Assembly (NCBI GenBank): GCA_963741935.1 | Contig: CAVUJY010000014.1 | Coordinates: 18,039 to 82,038 of the forward strand | Direction: 5' to 3' | Length of the DNA: 64,000 bases | From: an uncultured Bacteroidales bacterium | GTDB taxonomy: Bacteria; Bacteroidota; Bacteroidia; Bacteroidales; VadinHA17 | Part shown: positions 11,169 to 21,099 of the stretch, one piece after another | How positions within the stretch are numbered: the first letter of the stretch is position 1 | Layout: every line of letters starts with the position of its first letter | The notes under the pieces: model-generated | What the model was told of the DNA's origin: nothing | Databases searched by the model: none | What the model saw: the letters and a program-made list of their open reading frames with translations, nothing else | Position numbers and translations under genes: made by a program

Positions 11169-12836
11169 ATGGTTGACTTTATTTTTGAAACCAGTTGGGA
11201 AGTATGCAATAAAGTGGGTGGTATACATACAGTTATCTCAACAAAAGCACTTAATATTATTAATGAAGTTGGGAATAACTATATTCTTATAGGACCTGAT
11301 GTCTGGCGGGAAGATGAAACCAATCCTGAATTTATTTCTGATGAATCGTTGTTTACCGACTGGAAAGCAAGAGCTATATCCGACGGACTGAGAGTAAAAA
11401 CAGGACGCTGGAATATTGCAGGAAAACCCATAGTGATACTGATTGATTTTACTCCATATTTCGGGCAACAAAATGAAATATTTGCTGATTTCTGGGAGAC
11501 TTTCAAACTTGATAGTCTTACAGGTCAGTGGGATTATGTGGAACCGGCACTTTTCGGATATGCTGCAGGTAAAGTGATAGAAAGCTTTACATCTTTCTAT
11601 CATGAAAATCTTAATACAATTGCCCAGTTTCATGAATGGATGACTGGTACAGGCATCCTTTATCTGAAAAAGTACGCTCCGTGGATTGCAACTGTATTTA
11701 CATCTCATTCGACAGTCCTGGGAAGACATATCGCTGGCAACAGCCGTCCGCTTTATGGCAAGATGAAAGAGTATAATCCTGCTTTGGTTGCAAGGGAATT
11801 TAATGTTGTTGCAAAACAATCGCTTGAAAAGTTATCGGCTGCTGAAGCGGATGTATTTACAACTGTGAGCGATATAACATCTAAAGAATGTGCCCATTTT
11901 TTAGGTAAGGAAGTAGATATCATTACTCCCAACGGATTTGAAGATTCATTTGTTCCGGATAAAAACAGATTTGATGATTCAAGAAATGCTGCCAGGTTAA
12001 AACTTAAAAGTGTTGCCGAAGCAGTTCTGGGGTATGCACTTTCTGATAACACCATGTTTGTTGTCAACAGCGGGAGATACGAATTCAGAAATAAAGGGGT
12101 TGATATCTTTATCGACTCTCTTGGGGAATTAAATAGAAACAATGATCTCAAAAAAGAGTGCGTGGCATTTATTTTTATGCCTGCCTACCATAAGGGTCCC
12201 CGACAGGAAATAATTGATATTCTTTACAATAACGGGCCTGTAAATACAGGCGATAAATATCTTACACATAGCCTGCATTATCCGTCAACTGATCCTATAC
12301 TGCAGAAAATTTTAGCCAGTAACCTGGATAATGATCATAATTCGAAAGTTAAAGTCATATTTGTACCTTCCTATTTGAATGGTAATGACGGGATATTCAA
12401 TGTTCGATATTTCGAACTTCTGATAGGTTTTGATCTGTCAGTCTTTCCATCATATTATGAGCCATGGGGCTATACTCCCCTTGAAAGTCTTATGTTCTCA
12501 ATACCGACAGTTACAACATCACTTTCCGGATTCGGACTTTGGGTCAGGACTTACTTTGAAAATCCGGGTAATGGGATTTCAATTATTGAAAGGACTGATG
12601 ATAATGAACCTGAGGTTATTAAGGAAATAAGCAGCTTTGTTTCAAAGTTTATGTCACTAAGTATCAGTGATATTAAGGAGGCACGATCGAAAGCACATTC
12701 GATTTCAAGAATAGCAATGTGGGATAGCCTGGTCGGTTACTACTTTAAAGCTTATGAACTCGCACTTAATCACAGTTGCGACAGAAGAGAAGAGCCCAGG
12801 GAATTTGTGAGATTTCGTGGAGTCATCAGGTGTTAA
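11169..12836 (+). CDS. GT3-family (eukaryote-type) glycogen synthase
   Basis: Intact 555-aa ORF. The N-terminus FETSWEVCNKVGGIHTV is characteristic of GT3 glycogen synthases found in Bacteroidota. Confidence 0.85.
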   Translation: MVDFIFETSWEVCNKVGGIHTVISTKALNIINEVGNNYILIGPDVWREDETNPEFISDESLFTDWKARAISDGLRVKTGRWNIAGKPIVILIDFTPYFGQQNEIFADFWETFKLDSLTGQWDYVEPALFGYAAGKVIESFTSFYHENLNTIAQFHEWMTGTGILYLKKYAPWIATVFTSHSTVLGRHIAGNSRPLYGKMKEYNPALVAREFNVVAKQSLEKLSAAEADVFTTVSDITSKECAHFLGKEVDIITPNGFEDSFVPDKNRFDDSRNAARLKLKSVAEAVLGYALSDNTMFVVNSGRYEFRNKGVDIFIDSLGELNRNNDLKKECVAFIFMPAYHKGPRQEIIDILYNNGPVNTGDKYLTHSLHYPSTDPILQKILASNLDNDHNSKVKVIFVPSYLNGNDGIFNVRYFELLIGFDLSVFPSYYEPWGYTPLESLMFSIPTVTTSLSGFGLWVRTYFENPGNGISIIERTDDNEPEVIKEISSFVSKFMSLSISDIKEARSKAHSISRIAMWDSLVGYYFKAYELALNHSCDRREEPREFVRFRGVIRC

Positions 12837-15390
12837 TGTACGCAAACCGCATCAGGTGCCGGTTTGGAAAGATATCTATGTACAGAGTGATGTGCCCGGG
12901 AAACTTGCTTTTCTTAAGGATCTGGCCAATAACCTGTGGTGGTCATGGAATTCAGAAGCTGAATCCTTGTTTAAAAGAATGGATCCCTCCCTCTGGGATG
13001 AAGTACTTCACAACCCAAAGCTGCTACTTGAAAAAATAGATTATAAGAGACTTCTCGTACTGGAGGATGATGATGATTTTGTGTCTGAACTTCATAAGGT
13101 AAATAACCTGTTCAGAGAATATCTTAATCGTCCCGATAATCCCGATTTTCCTTCAATAGGGTATTTTAGTATGGAATTTGGAATCCATCCCTGCCTGAAA
13201 ATATATTCAGGTGGTCTTGGTATACTTGCCGGAGATTATCTAAAGGAGGCAAGTGATTCGAATTTTAATATTACAGGAGTCGGACTATTATACCGCTACG
13301 GTTATTTTAAACAGAAACTGGGGTTAAAGGGAGAGCAACTCTCTATATATGAAGCTGAAGAATTTTCGAGGTTGCCGATAAATCCTGTAAAAGATGCTGG
13401 GGGTAATCACTTATGTGTCAGTCTTGTATGGCCCGGAAGATCCGTGAAGATCAGAATTTGGGAAGCTATGGTCGGGAAAGTCCGTCTTGTACTTCTTGAT
13501 ACTGACACAGATGAGAACCTTCCGGAAGATCGTACAGTAACACATTACCTTTATGGCGGTGATAATGAAAACAGGCTGAGGCAGGAGTTGATACTCGGTA
13601 TTGGTGGCATCAGGGCACTGGATGCTATGGGCATACAACCCGATATTTATCATAGTAATGAAGGTCATTCAGCCTTTATAAGCCTTGAAAGACTCAGGAC
13701 TCTTATAAACACACATCATCTTACATTTAACCAGGCACTTGAGGCTGTGAGGTCATCAACACTGTTTACCACTCATACTCCTGTTCCTGCAGGGCATGAT
13801 GCGTTTGAGGAGGACCTTCTCCGAAGATATATTTCTCATTATCACATCAGGTTATCAATTACATGGGATGAGCTGATGGCTCTTGGACGCTGTGATGGTG
13901 ACACAGACAAAAAGTTCAATATGAGCTATCTGGCTACACGTATGTCGCAGGAAGTAAACGGTGTAAGTAAGCTTCACGGGGAAGTGAGTCAGCGAATGTT
14001 TAATAAATTATGGCCCGGTTATTTAAAGGAGGAGCTGTTTATTGGTTATGTCACTAACGGGGTTCACCATCCTACATGGACAGCACCCGAATGGAGAGAT
14101 GTTTATGAGGAGCTTACCGGATCCAAAACCTTTGATCAGACCGACAGGTCATTATGGGAAAAACTCTATAGTCTCGACGATAAGAGGATATATGAAATTA
14201 AAAAAGGACTGAAAAAGAATTTGTTTGTTAATATCAGAAAACGTCTTCAGTCGGATATGATGAATAAGCATGTTAGTCCGCGTACACTTCTTAATATCAG
14301 TACTCATCTGGATGAGAATGCTCTGACAATCGGTTTTGCCCGGAGATTTGCCACATATAAAAGAGCCTCCCTTCTTTTCAGGGATCTTGACAGGCTGGCA
14401 CGAATTGTTAATAACCCTGAAAGACCGGTTCAGTTTATTTATGCTGGAAAAGCCCATCCCAAGGATGGTGGTGGACAGGATCTGATAAAGAGGATTTTTG
14501 AAATTTCACAGATGCCACAGTTTGCAGGTAAAGTAATATTCCTTGAAAACTATGATATTGAACTGGCAAAATACCTTGTAAGAGGTGTGGATATATGGCT
14601 GAATACACCTAAAAGACCTCTGGAAGCATCAGGGACAAGTGGAGAAAAGGGTGTAATGAATGGTACTCTTCATTTCAGTGTACTTGATGGCTGGTGGGTT
14701 GAAGGTTACCGGGCATTCGCCGGATGGGCATTACCAAAGAAACGAACCTTTGAAAATCAGGATCTGCAGGATGATGTTGATGCCGAAACCATTTATAACA
14801 TGTTTGAATATGAAATAATTCCGGCATATTATGCATTTACCGATGAAGGTGTTCCTGTAGAATGGATAAGCCTGGTAAAAAATACAATGGTTAAGATTGC
14901 TCCGGAGTTTACAATGAAGAGGATGATAGATGATTATTATGAAAAGTACTATCATAAGCTCCATGCCCGTAACAGTTATCTGGTTGCCAATAATTTTGAA
15001 AAAGCCAAAGAGCTTGCCGGCTGGAAACAAACTATGAGAGAGGAGTGGGATAATATTGAAGTGTTAAACTATAGTTTTGAGAAAGCCGGAGAGAATATAT
15101 ACCGTTCAGGACATGATTATATTGCAGAGATCGCGCTTGATGTTAAAAATATTCCCAAGGAAAATGTCGGAGTGGAATTTATAATAACACATATGGGGAA
15201 GAATGGAGAGTACGAATTTGTGGCAAGTGAAGAGTTTAAGCTTATAAGCTGCAAAAGTGCAATGTGTCTTTACAGGGCAAGCCTGGTTCCCGAAAGAGCC
15301 GGTTCATTCTTCTATGGCATAAGAATCTATCCAAAACATAAGGATCTTCCTCACAAACAGGATTTCTATCTGTTGCGTTGGATTGATTAA
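12817..15390 (+). CDS. alpha-glucan family phosphorylase (GT35)
   Basis: Intact 857-aa ORF with a GTG start. Motifs GYFSMEFGI...YSGGLGILAGDYLKEASD and the PLP-site-like EASGTSGEKGVMNG. Overlaps the GT3 gene by 20 nt. Confidence 0.9.
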   Translation: MESSGVNVRKPHQVPVWKDIYVQSDVPGKLAFLKDLANNLWWSWNSEAESLFKRMDPSLWDEVLHNPKLLLEKIDYKRLLVLEDDDDFVSELHKVNNLFREYLNRPDNPDFPSIGYFSMEFGIHPCLKIYSGGLGILAGDYLKEASDSNFNITGVGLLYRYGYFKQKLGLKGEQLSIYEAEEFSRLPINPVKDAGGNHLCVSLVWPGRSVKIRIWEAMVGKVRLVLLDTDTDENLPEDRTVTHYLYGGDNENRLRQELILGIGGIRALDAMGIQPDIYHSNEGHSAFISLERLRTLINTHHLTFNQALEAVRSSTLFTTHTPVPAGHDAFEEDLLRRYISHYHIRLSITWDELMALGRCDGDTDKKFNMSYLATRMSQEVNGVSKLHGEVSQRMFNKLWPGYLKEELFIGYVTNGVHHPTWTAPEWRDVYEELTGSKTFDQTDRSLWEKLYSLDDKRIYEIKKGLKKNLFVNIRKRLQSDMMNKHVSPRTLLNISTHLDENALTIGFARRFATYKRASLLFRDLDRLARIVNNPERPVQFIYAGKAHPKDGGGQDLIKRIFEISQMPQFAGKVIFLENYDIELAKYLVRGVDIWLNTPKRPLEASGTSGEKGVMNGTLHFSVLDGWWVEGYRAFAGWALPKKRTFENQDLQDDVDAETIYNMFEYEIIPAYYAFTDEGVPVEWISLVKNTMVKIAPEFTMKRMIDDYYEKYYHKLHARNSYLVANNFEKAKELAGWKQTMREEWDNIEVLNYSFEKAGENIYRSGHDYIAEIALDVKNIPKENVGVEFIITHMGKNGEYEFVASEEFKLISCKSAMCLYRASLVPERAGSFFYGIRIYPKHKDLPHKQDFYLLRWID

Positions 15391-17418
15391 ATATCTGTTG
15401 CTTTTCTTACGGCCTCCCTCTTAAAGACCAGAGCCGTTCTTGCCGGCAGATACAGATAAAGGTACAAAGGAGCATTTATAATGTTCCTTTCTGCTTTTTT
15501 TATTGAGAGATAGACAGCATTCCTGTCAATCCTGGTTAAAACCACCATATAGAGGATCATCAGTGTCAAGTACCACTCTGAATTTTCCCTTTACAGGAAT
15601 ACCATAGTCAGTGAACGAAGTGGTTGAACTGAAGTTAAATACAAATAGCAGATCTCCTCTCATGTATGCAACAACTTTATCTGCATTATTTTCATAAATT
15701 CTGTTTACATAGGGATCTTTTAATACGTTGAAGTCATTATGAAGGCTTACCATCTTCCTGTCGAACATTGAGAGATAATAATATTTAAGATCCTTATTAT
15801 CAGCCAACTGCCATTGACTTCGGGCATACTTATAACTCCAGTTATTTCCTTCACGTGGAAAATCAATCCATTCAGGGTGACCGAATTCATTACCCATAAA
15901 GTTCAGGTAACCGCCTCCGCAAGTGGAAAATGTGATAAGTCTTATCATTTTGTGAAGAGCAATGCCTCTGTCCACCACAATACTATGATAGGATTTTGCC
16001 ATACCCGAATACATTTCGGCATCAATCATTCTGAAGATAAGTGTCTTGTCTCCAACAAGAGCCTGGTCGTGCGATTCGCAGTACGAGATAATTCTCTCTT
16101 CCGGACGGTGCTGGGTTAGTTCATACATCAGCTTGCCCATATCCCAGTTCTCATCTAAAGTCTCCTTTACAAGTTTGATCCAGAAATCGGGTACTCCCAT
16201 TGAAAGACGAAAGTCGAAGCCATAACCTTTTTTTTCTGTTGAGGCGGCAATTCCCGGCATGCCACTCATCTCTTCAGCAATCGTAATTGATTCTGGTTTA
16301 ATGCTGTGTATAAGCTTATTAGCAAGATAAAGATAAATCAGTGCATCTTCGTCCTGATTACCATCAAAATAATCGTTATAAGAGGTGAAATTCTTTTCAA
16401 GTCCATGGTCATAATAGATCATACTTGTTACACCATCGAAGCGGAAACCATCAAATTTAAATTCCTCAATCCAGTACCGGCAGTTCGATAATAGAAAATG
16501 TATCACATTATCTTTTCCGTAATCAAAACATAATGAATCCCATGCAACATGATTTCTTCTTTCATTTGAATGAAAATACTGGCCCAGAGAGCCGTCAAAT
16601 AATCCAAGTCCCTCATTGACATTTTTAACTGAATGGGAGTGAACAAGGTCCATAATTACCCTTATGCCTTGTGAATGGGCTGTGTCAACCAGTTCCTTCA
16701 GTTCTTCAGGTGTCCCGAACCTTGACGATGGAGCAAAAAAATTGGATACATGGTAACCAAATGATCCATAAAACGGGTGTTCCTGAATAGCCATAAGCTG
16801 GATGGTATTATATCCGGCTTTTACGATCCTTGGAATGATATTTTTTGCAAATTCCCTATATGTGCCGGTCTTTTCTGACTCAGTCGCCATTCCAACATGG
16901 GCTTCGTATATTACCGGAATCGATTCGTCAGGGGTGAAGTTTTTGACTTTCCATTTGTACTCTTCAGAAGGCTGCCATACCTGGGCGCTGAATATTTTTG
17001 TCTTATCATCCTGAACCACCCTGTTTGCATATGAAGGCAACCGTTCGCCTTTTCCTCCATCCCAGTGGATTGATAGTTTATACAGATCACCATGTTTCAT
17101 GGCATCGAATGGAAGTATAAGTTCCCAGTCTCCATTCTCATTAATCTTCTTCATCAAAAACTTCGGATCTTCTTTCCATCCATTAAATACCCCGGTAAGG
17201 TATATACTGGTGGCATTTGGCGCCCATTCTCTGAATACCAGATTATTGTCCTGCCTGTGGAGTCCATAGTAATAACTACCCATAGAAAAATCTGAGAGAT
17301 TACCTTTACCTGTCAGTTGCTTTTCCTTTGTAATACATCTCCCAATTCTTCTCTCAATTATTCCTGTAAATGGTTCAAGCCACGAATCGGAAGTATAGAA
17401 GTCTGAAGTGCCCATCAT
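15387..17418 (-). CDS. glgB: 1,4-alpha-glucan branching enzyme (GH13, eukaryote-like type); one frameshift near the 3' end
   Basis: 630-aa fragment with GH13 catalytic regions (DLVHSH, FRFDGVTSMIY, AEEMSG, CESHDQ). The C-terminal 60-aa fragment (...LYLPARTALVFK...) lies in a shifted frame. Confidence 0.9.
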
Positions 17419-17493
17419 ATTGAATTCTAAGGAATCTTTTCATAAATATACGAAATCTAATTCATTATTTCATTTCATATCCGGAGGCTTTGC

Positions 17494-17501
17494 TAATTTT
17501 G
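17494..17501 (+). promoter_or_regulatory. putative Bacteroidota -7 promoter box (TAnnTTTG) for ribF
   Basis: TAATTTTG lies 20 nt upstream of the ribF ATG. Confidence 0.3.
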
Positions 17502-17520
17502 CAGCCATAATTATTCCGAT

Positions 17521-18459
17521 ATGATTATACATCAAGGATATGAAAATCTGAAACTGTCTGACCCGGTTGTAACTCTTGGTATTTTTGACGGAGTGCATCT
17601 TGGACACAGGACTCTTATCGATCGTCTTGTATCAGAAGCACGTGAGGCAAACGGGGAATCTGTTGTTATCACCTTTTTCCCTCATCCGCGACTTGTACTT
17701 GAACGGAACATTTCTGATCTCTTCTTCCTTACAACTTTGGATGAAAAGGTCTCTCTTCTTGAAAAAGCGCATATTGATCACCTGATTATAGTGGAATTCT
17801 CATTAGAATTCAGCAGAATAAGGGCCTGTGACTTTGTAACTGATGTTCTGATTAAAAAGATAGGGACAAAACATCTGCTGATTGGGTATGATCATCACTT
17901 TGGGAGGAAAGGAGAAGGTGATTTTAATACTATAAAGCAATGTACTGACCATCTCGATTTTACAGTAGAACAGGTTCATGGATTTCATTATGAGGACGGA
18001 GAAATAAGTTCCTCTTCAATACGGGAGGCCTTATTGGAAGGAAGACTTGACGATGCAAATAGCAGGTTAGGATATAATTATTCAGTAACAGGCAAAGTAA
18101 TAAAAGGCAACCAGTTAGGTAAAGCAATAGGATATCCTACAGCCAATATAAAGCCTGATGATCCGCATAAACTTATACCCAACAACGGAGTATACGCTGT
18201 TGAAGTTAATCTTGAGGGATTAACATATAAAGGGATGATGAGTATTGGCTCTAATCCAACAGTCAATGATGATCCGGAGAAAAGGAGCCTGGAAGTTAAT
18301 ATTCTGGACTTTGAAGGTGATATATATGGCAAAACGATAACTGTAATCTTCAGAAAAAGGCTCAGGGACGAAATTAAATTTGATAGCCTTTCCGGGCTTG
18401 CTGAACAGATTAAGCTTGATAAACAACAAGTAATGCTTCTGCTGGAAGGAGAAAATTAA
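17521..18459 (+). CDS. ribF: bifunctional riboflavin kinase / FMN adenylyltransferase
   Basis: Intact 312-aa ORF with GIFDGVHLGH, FFPHP and the C-terminal riboflavin kinase region (GYPTANI...GVYAV...SIGSNPT). Confidence 0.92.
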   Translation: MIIHQGYENLKLSDPVVTLGIFDGVHLGHRTLIDRLVSEAREANGESVVITFFPHPRLVLERNISDLFFLTTLDEKVSLLEKAHIDHLIIVEFSLEFSRIRACDFVTDVLIKKIGTKHLLIGYDHHFGRKGEGDFNTIKQCTDHLDFTVEQVHGFHYEDGEISSSSIREALLEGRLDDANSRLGYNYSVTGKVIKGNQLGKAIGYPTANIKPDDPHKLIPNNGVYAVEVNLEGLTYKGMMSIGSNPTVNDDPEKRSLEVNILDFEGDIYGKTITVIFRKRLRDEIKFDSLSGLAEQIKLDKQQVMLLLEGEN

Positions 18460-18467
18460 AAAAATGT

Positions 18468-18475
18468 TAACTTTG
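18468..18475 (+). promoter_or_regulatory. putative -7 promoter box (TAnnTTTG) for ahcY
   Basis: TAACTTTG lies 46 nt upstream of the ATG at 18521. Confidence 0.3.
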
Positions 18476-18520
18476 CATTCTTAAAAATTCACTTAATTGA
18501 TAAATGTAAAAATTGAAACT

Positions 18521-19915
18521 ATGCAATACAAGGTAAAAGATATTTCACTAGCTGAATTTGGCAGGAAAGAGATTGAAATTGCGGAAAGAGAGATGCCGGG
18601 ACTGCTTGCTATCAGAAAGAAGTATTCACAAGAGAAGCCATTAAAAGGAGCCAGGATTACCGGTTCTCTTCATATGACAATCCAGACTGCAGTTCTGATT
18701 GAAACACTTGCTGCGCTGGGCGCTGATGTTCGATGGGCCAGCTGTAATATCTTTTCTACTCAGGACCATGCAGCAGCTGCAATAGCTGCAAGCGGAATAC
18801 CTGTTTTTGCATGGAAAGGCGAAACTCTTGAAGAATATTGGTGGTGTACTGCTCAGGCTCTTACATTCCCTGAAGGGAAAGGACCTAACCTGATTGTTGA
18901 TGATGGCGGTGATGCTTCTCTGCTGGTTCACATCGGATATAAAGCTGAGAATAATGCTGATGTTCTCAGCAAGAAGGCTTCTTCGAGAGAGGAGGAGATA
19001 ATACTTGCAACACTTAAGGATCTGCTTGTAAAAGAACCCGGGAAATGGCATCGTACTGTAAGTGAACTTAAAGGCATATCCGAGGAGACTACTACCGGCG
19101 TGCACAGATTGTACCAGATGATGGAAAATGGAGAATTGCTTGTGCCTGCTATTAATGTGAATGATTCGGTAACAAAGTCAAAATTTGATAATCTTTATGG
19201 TTGCAGGGAATCTCTTGCCGATGGGATAAAGAGGGCAACCGACGTAATGCTGGCCGGTAAAGTAGTTGTTGTTTGCGGATATGGCGATGTAGGAAAAGGT
19301 TGTGCAAAATCGATGAAATCATACGGAGCCAGGGTTATTGTAACTGAGATTGATCCTATATGTGCACTTCAGGCATCAATGGAAGGGTTTGAGGTCAAAA
19401 CTGTTGAAGACGCACTTGATGAAGGAAATATTTATGTAACTGCTACAGGAAACAGGGATATTATCACTCTGGAACACATGATGAAAATGAAAGATCAGGC
19501 TATAGTCTGTAATATAGGGCACTTTGATAATGAGATACAGGTTGATAATCTGAATGAACATAAGGAGATTGAGAAAATTAATATTAAGCCACAGGTCGAT
19601 AAATATAAATTCCGCGATGGTCATGCAATCTTTATGCTGGCTGAGGGAAGACTGGTGAATCTTGGTTGCGCAACAGGGCATCCTTCGTTTGTTATGAGTA
19701 ACTCATTCAGTAATCAGACCCTGGCACAGATAGAATTATGGAAGAAGAATTATGAGATAGGTGTTTACCGTCTGCCTAAAGATCTTGATGAGGAAGTTGC
19801 AAGGTTGCATCTTGAACAGCTGGGAGTGAAACTTACAAAACTTACCAGTGAGCAGTCTGATTATATCGGAGTTAAACAGGCAGGACCTTATAAACCTGAT
19901 CATTACAGGTACTAG
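18521..19915 (+). CDS. ahcY: adenosylhomocysteinase
   Basis: [28 protein letters not shown]..., NAD-binding GYGDVGKG, and C-terminal ...PDHYRY. The ATG at 18521 is preferred over the upstream alternative start of the tracked ORF. Confidence 0.95.
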   Translation: MQYKVKDISLAEFGRKEIEIAEREMPGLLAIRKKYSQEKPLKGARITGSLHMTIQTAVLIETLAALGADVRWASCNIFSTQDHAAAAIAASGIPVFAWKGETLEEYWWCTAQALTFPEGKGPNLIVDDGGDASLLVHIGYKAENNADVLSKKASSREEEIILATLKDLLVKEPGKWHRTVSELKGISEETTTGVHRLYQMMENGELLVPAINVNDSVTKSKFDNLYGCRESLADGIKRATDVMLAGKVVVVCGYGDVGKGCAKSMKSYGARVIVTEIDPICALQASMEGFEVKTVEDALDEGNIYVTATGNRDIITLEHMMKMKDQAIVCNIGHFDNEIQVDNLNEHKEIEKINIKPQVDKYKFRDGHAIFMLAEGRLVNLGCATGHPSFVMSNSFSNQTLAQIELWKKNYEIGVYRLPKDLDEEVARLHLEQLGVKLTKLTSEQSDYIGVKQAGPYKPDHYRY

Positions 19916-19926
19916 TCTGATTATTT

Positions 19927-19951
19927 AATATTCGTACCGCATACGAATATT
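19927..19951. terminator. bidirectional hairpin between convergent ahcY and the lipoprotein gene
   Basis: Perfect 10-bp inverted repeat AATATTCGTA / TACGAATATT with a 5-nt loop, flanked by A/T-rich sequence on both sides. Confidence 0.55.
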
Positions 19952-20003
19952 GTTATTGGAATAACGAGTAATGGATTGACTTTTTGTTGACAAATAGGAA
20001 GAA

Positions 20004-20483
20004 TTAGTTGTTCCAGACTCTGACAAATCTTCCGTCAAAGCTGGTTCGATAGTTTTTTAGGGGATACCGGCCTACTCCACTTGAGGGAGTGCCATTTGCA
20101 GATAGTGAGTATACCGTACCACACTCGGGGCAAACTGCATCGATAGAGGATGATTTACTAATATTAACTTTTATACTGCTCCCGTTTAAAGCAAAGTCAT
20201 GTGGGCATGTTCTGTCATAGGCTAAAAACTCATCAACACCGCTATAAATGATTATTCCATTACCATCATATCCTGCAGCATACAACCCCCAGTTATTGGT
20301 TTTCGCGTCTACTGTCACTGATCCGCCCAGGGCATTAAGATCAACAAACTGTGGATCCAGGAGGTCAAGTGTAAAATCAACAGTAACATCAGGTATCACA
20401 TCATTGTTTTTATTACACGATATTACCAGTACTGAGATAGCTATTGAAATTAAAAAAAAACTTATTTTTGATTTTGTTGACAC
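20004..20483 (-). CDS. lipoprotein with Rieske-like CPH...CPECG motif, function unknown
   Basis: Intact 159-aa ORF. Signal peptide with lipobox VISC. YDRTCPHDF...(22 aa)...CPECGTVYS resembles the Rieske CPHxG...CPxHG pattern, with the last His replaced by Cys. Confidence 0.6.
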   Translation of the reverse strand: MSTKSKISFFLISIAISVLVISCNKNNDVIPDVTVDFTLDLLDPQFVDLNALGGSVTVDAKTNNWGLYAAGYDGNGIIIYSGVDEFLAYDRTCPHDFALNGSSIKVNISKSSSIDAVCPECGTVYSLSANGTPSSGVGRYPLKNYRTSFDGRFVRVWNN

Positions 20484-20580
20484 ACTGATTATTTATGAAG
20501 CAAAATTAACATTACCTCTATAATTTTAACGGGATCAGAAAATATTTATTGTTATTACTGAAAATGAATTGTTTATAATT

Positions 20581-20959
20581 ATGTTAAGAGCCTTGCTTAT
20601 TATTTTGATTTTATCTGTGACGGTAGTTCCTGCCCATTCGCAGCTTTTTCAAAAAAATGTTTCGAGGAAAATCGAAAAGAAATTATTCACAAAGAAATCA
20701 GGAAACAGGAAAGCAATAAAGGTAAAAGAACCAAGGAAAGTTCTTAAATGCCAAAAAGAAACAGGAAGCAAACGAGAAGAAGCTAAAGAAGGATTATGAA
20801 AAATCAATTAAGAAGTCACAAAAGAGAACATTTGATATTCAAACACCTGATGTAAAAGAGAGAATGAAACAAAATGAGAAGGATACAGCATACCGGGATA
20901 AGTCAAAAAAGAGGAAAATCCGGTCAGATACAAAGAAAGCGGGACGGAAATATAACTGA
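20581..20959 (+). CDS. small secreted Lys-rich protein, function unknown; one frameshift as assembled
   Basis: N-terminal signal-like MLRALLIILILSVTVVPAHS, followed by a highly basic K/E-rich sequence. The reading frame changes at about 20750 and continues to TGA 20957-20959. Confidence 0.45.
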
Positions 20960-21032
20960 AGGTATACTTAACGGTAAAGACTTGTTAAACACCAGTTCAG
21001 AGGTTTTTTTTGTAATTAATTAAAAATATTAG

Positions 21033-21040
21033 TATATTTG
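21033..21040 (+). promoter_or_regulatory. putative -7 promoter box (TAnnTTTG) upstream of greA
   Basis: TATATTTG lies 60 nt upstream of the greA ATG. Confidence 0.3.
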
Positions 21041-21099
21041 TTTTTGAAGAGTTCCGGCACATCCGGAATTCTTCTTATTTTTTTAAATAACAGAGAAAT

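Noticed and set aside
12776-13039. An 87-aa ORF in the third frame across the GT3/GT35 junction.
   Set aside because: It lies entirely inside the strongly supported phosphorylase and synthase coding sequences and has no protein-like features.
18460-18520. A possible SAH riboswitch upstream of ahcY.
   Set aside because: The intergenic region is only about 60 nt and is mostly occupied by a promoter-like TAACTTTG box. There is no room for the pseudoknotted SAH element and no sequence matching it.
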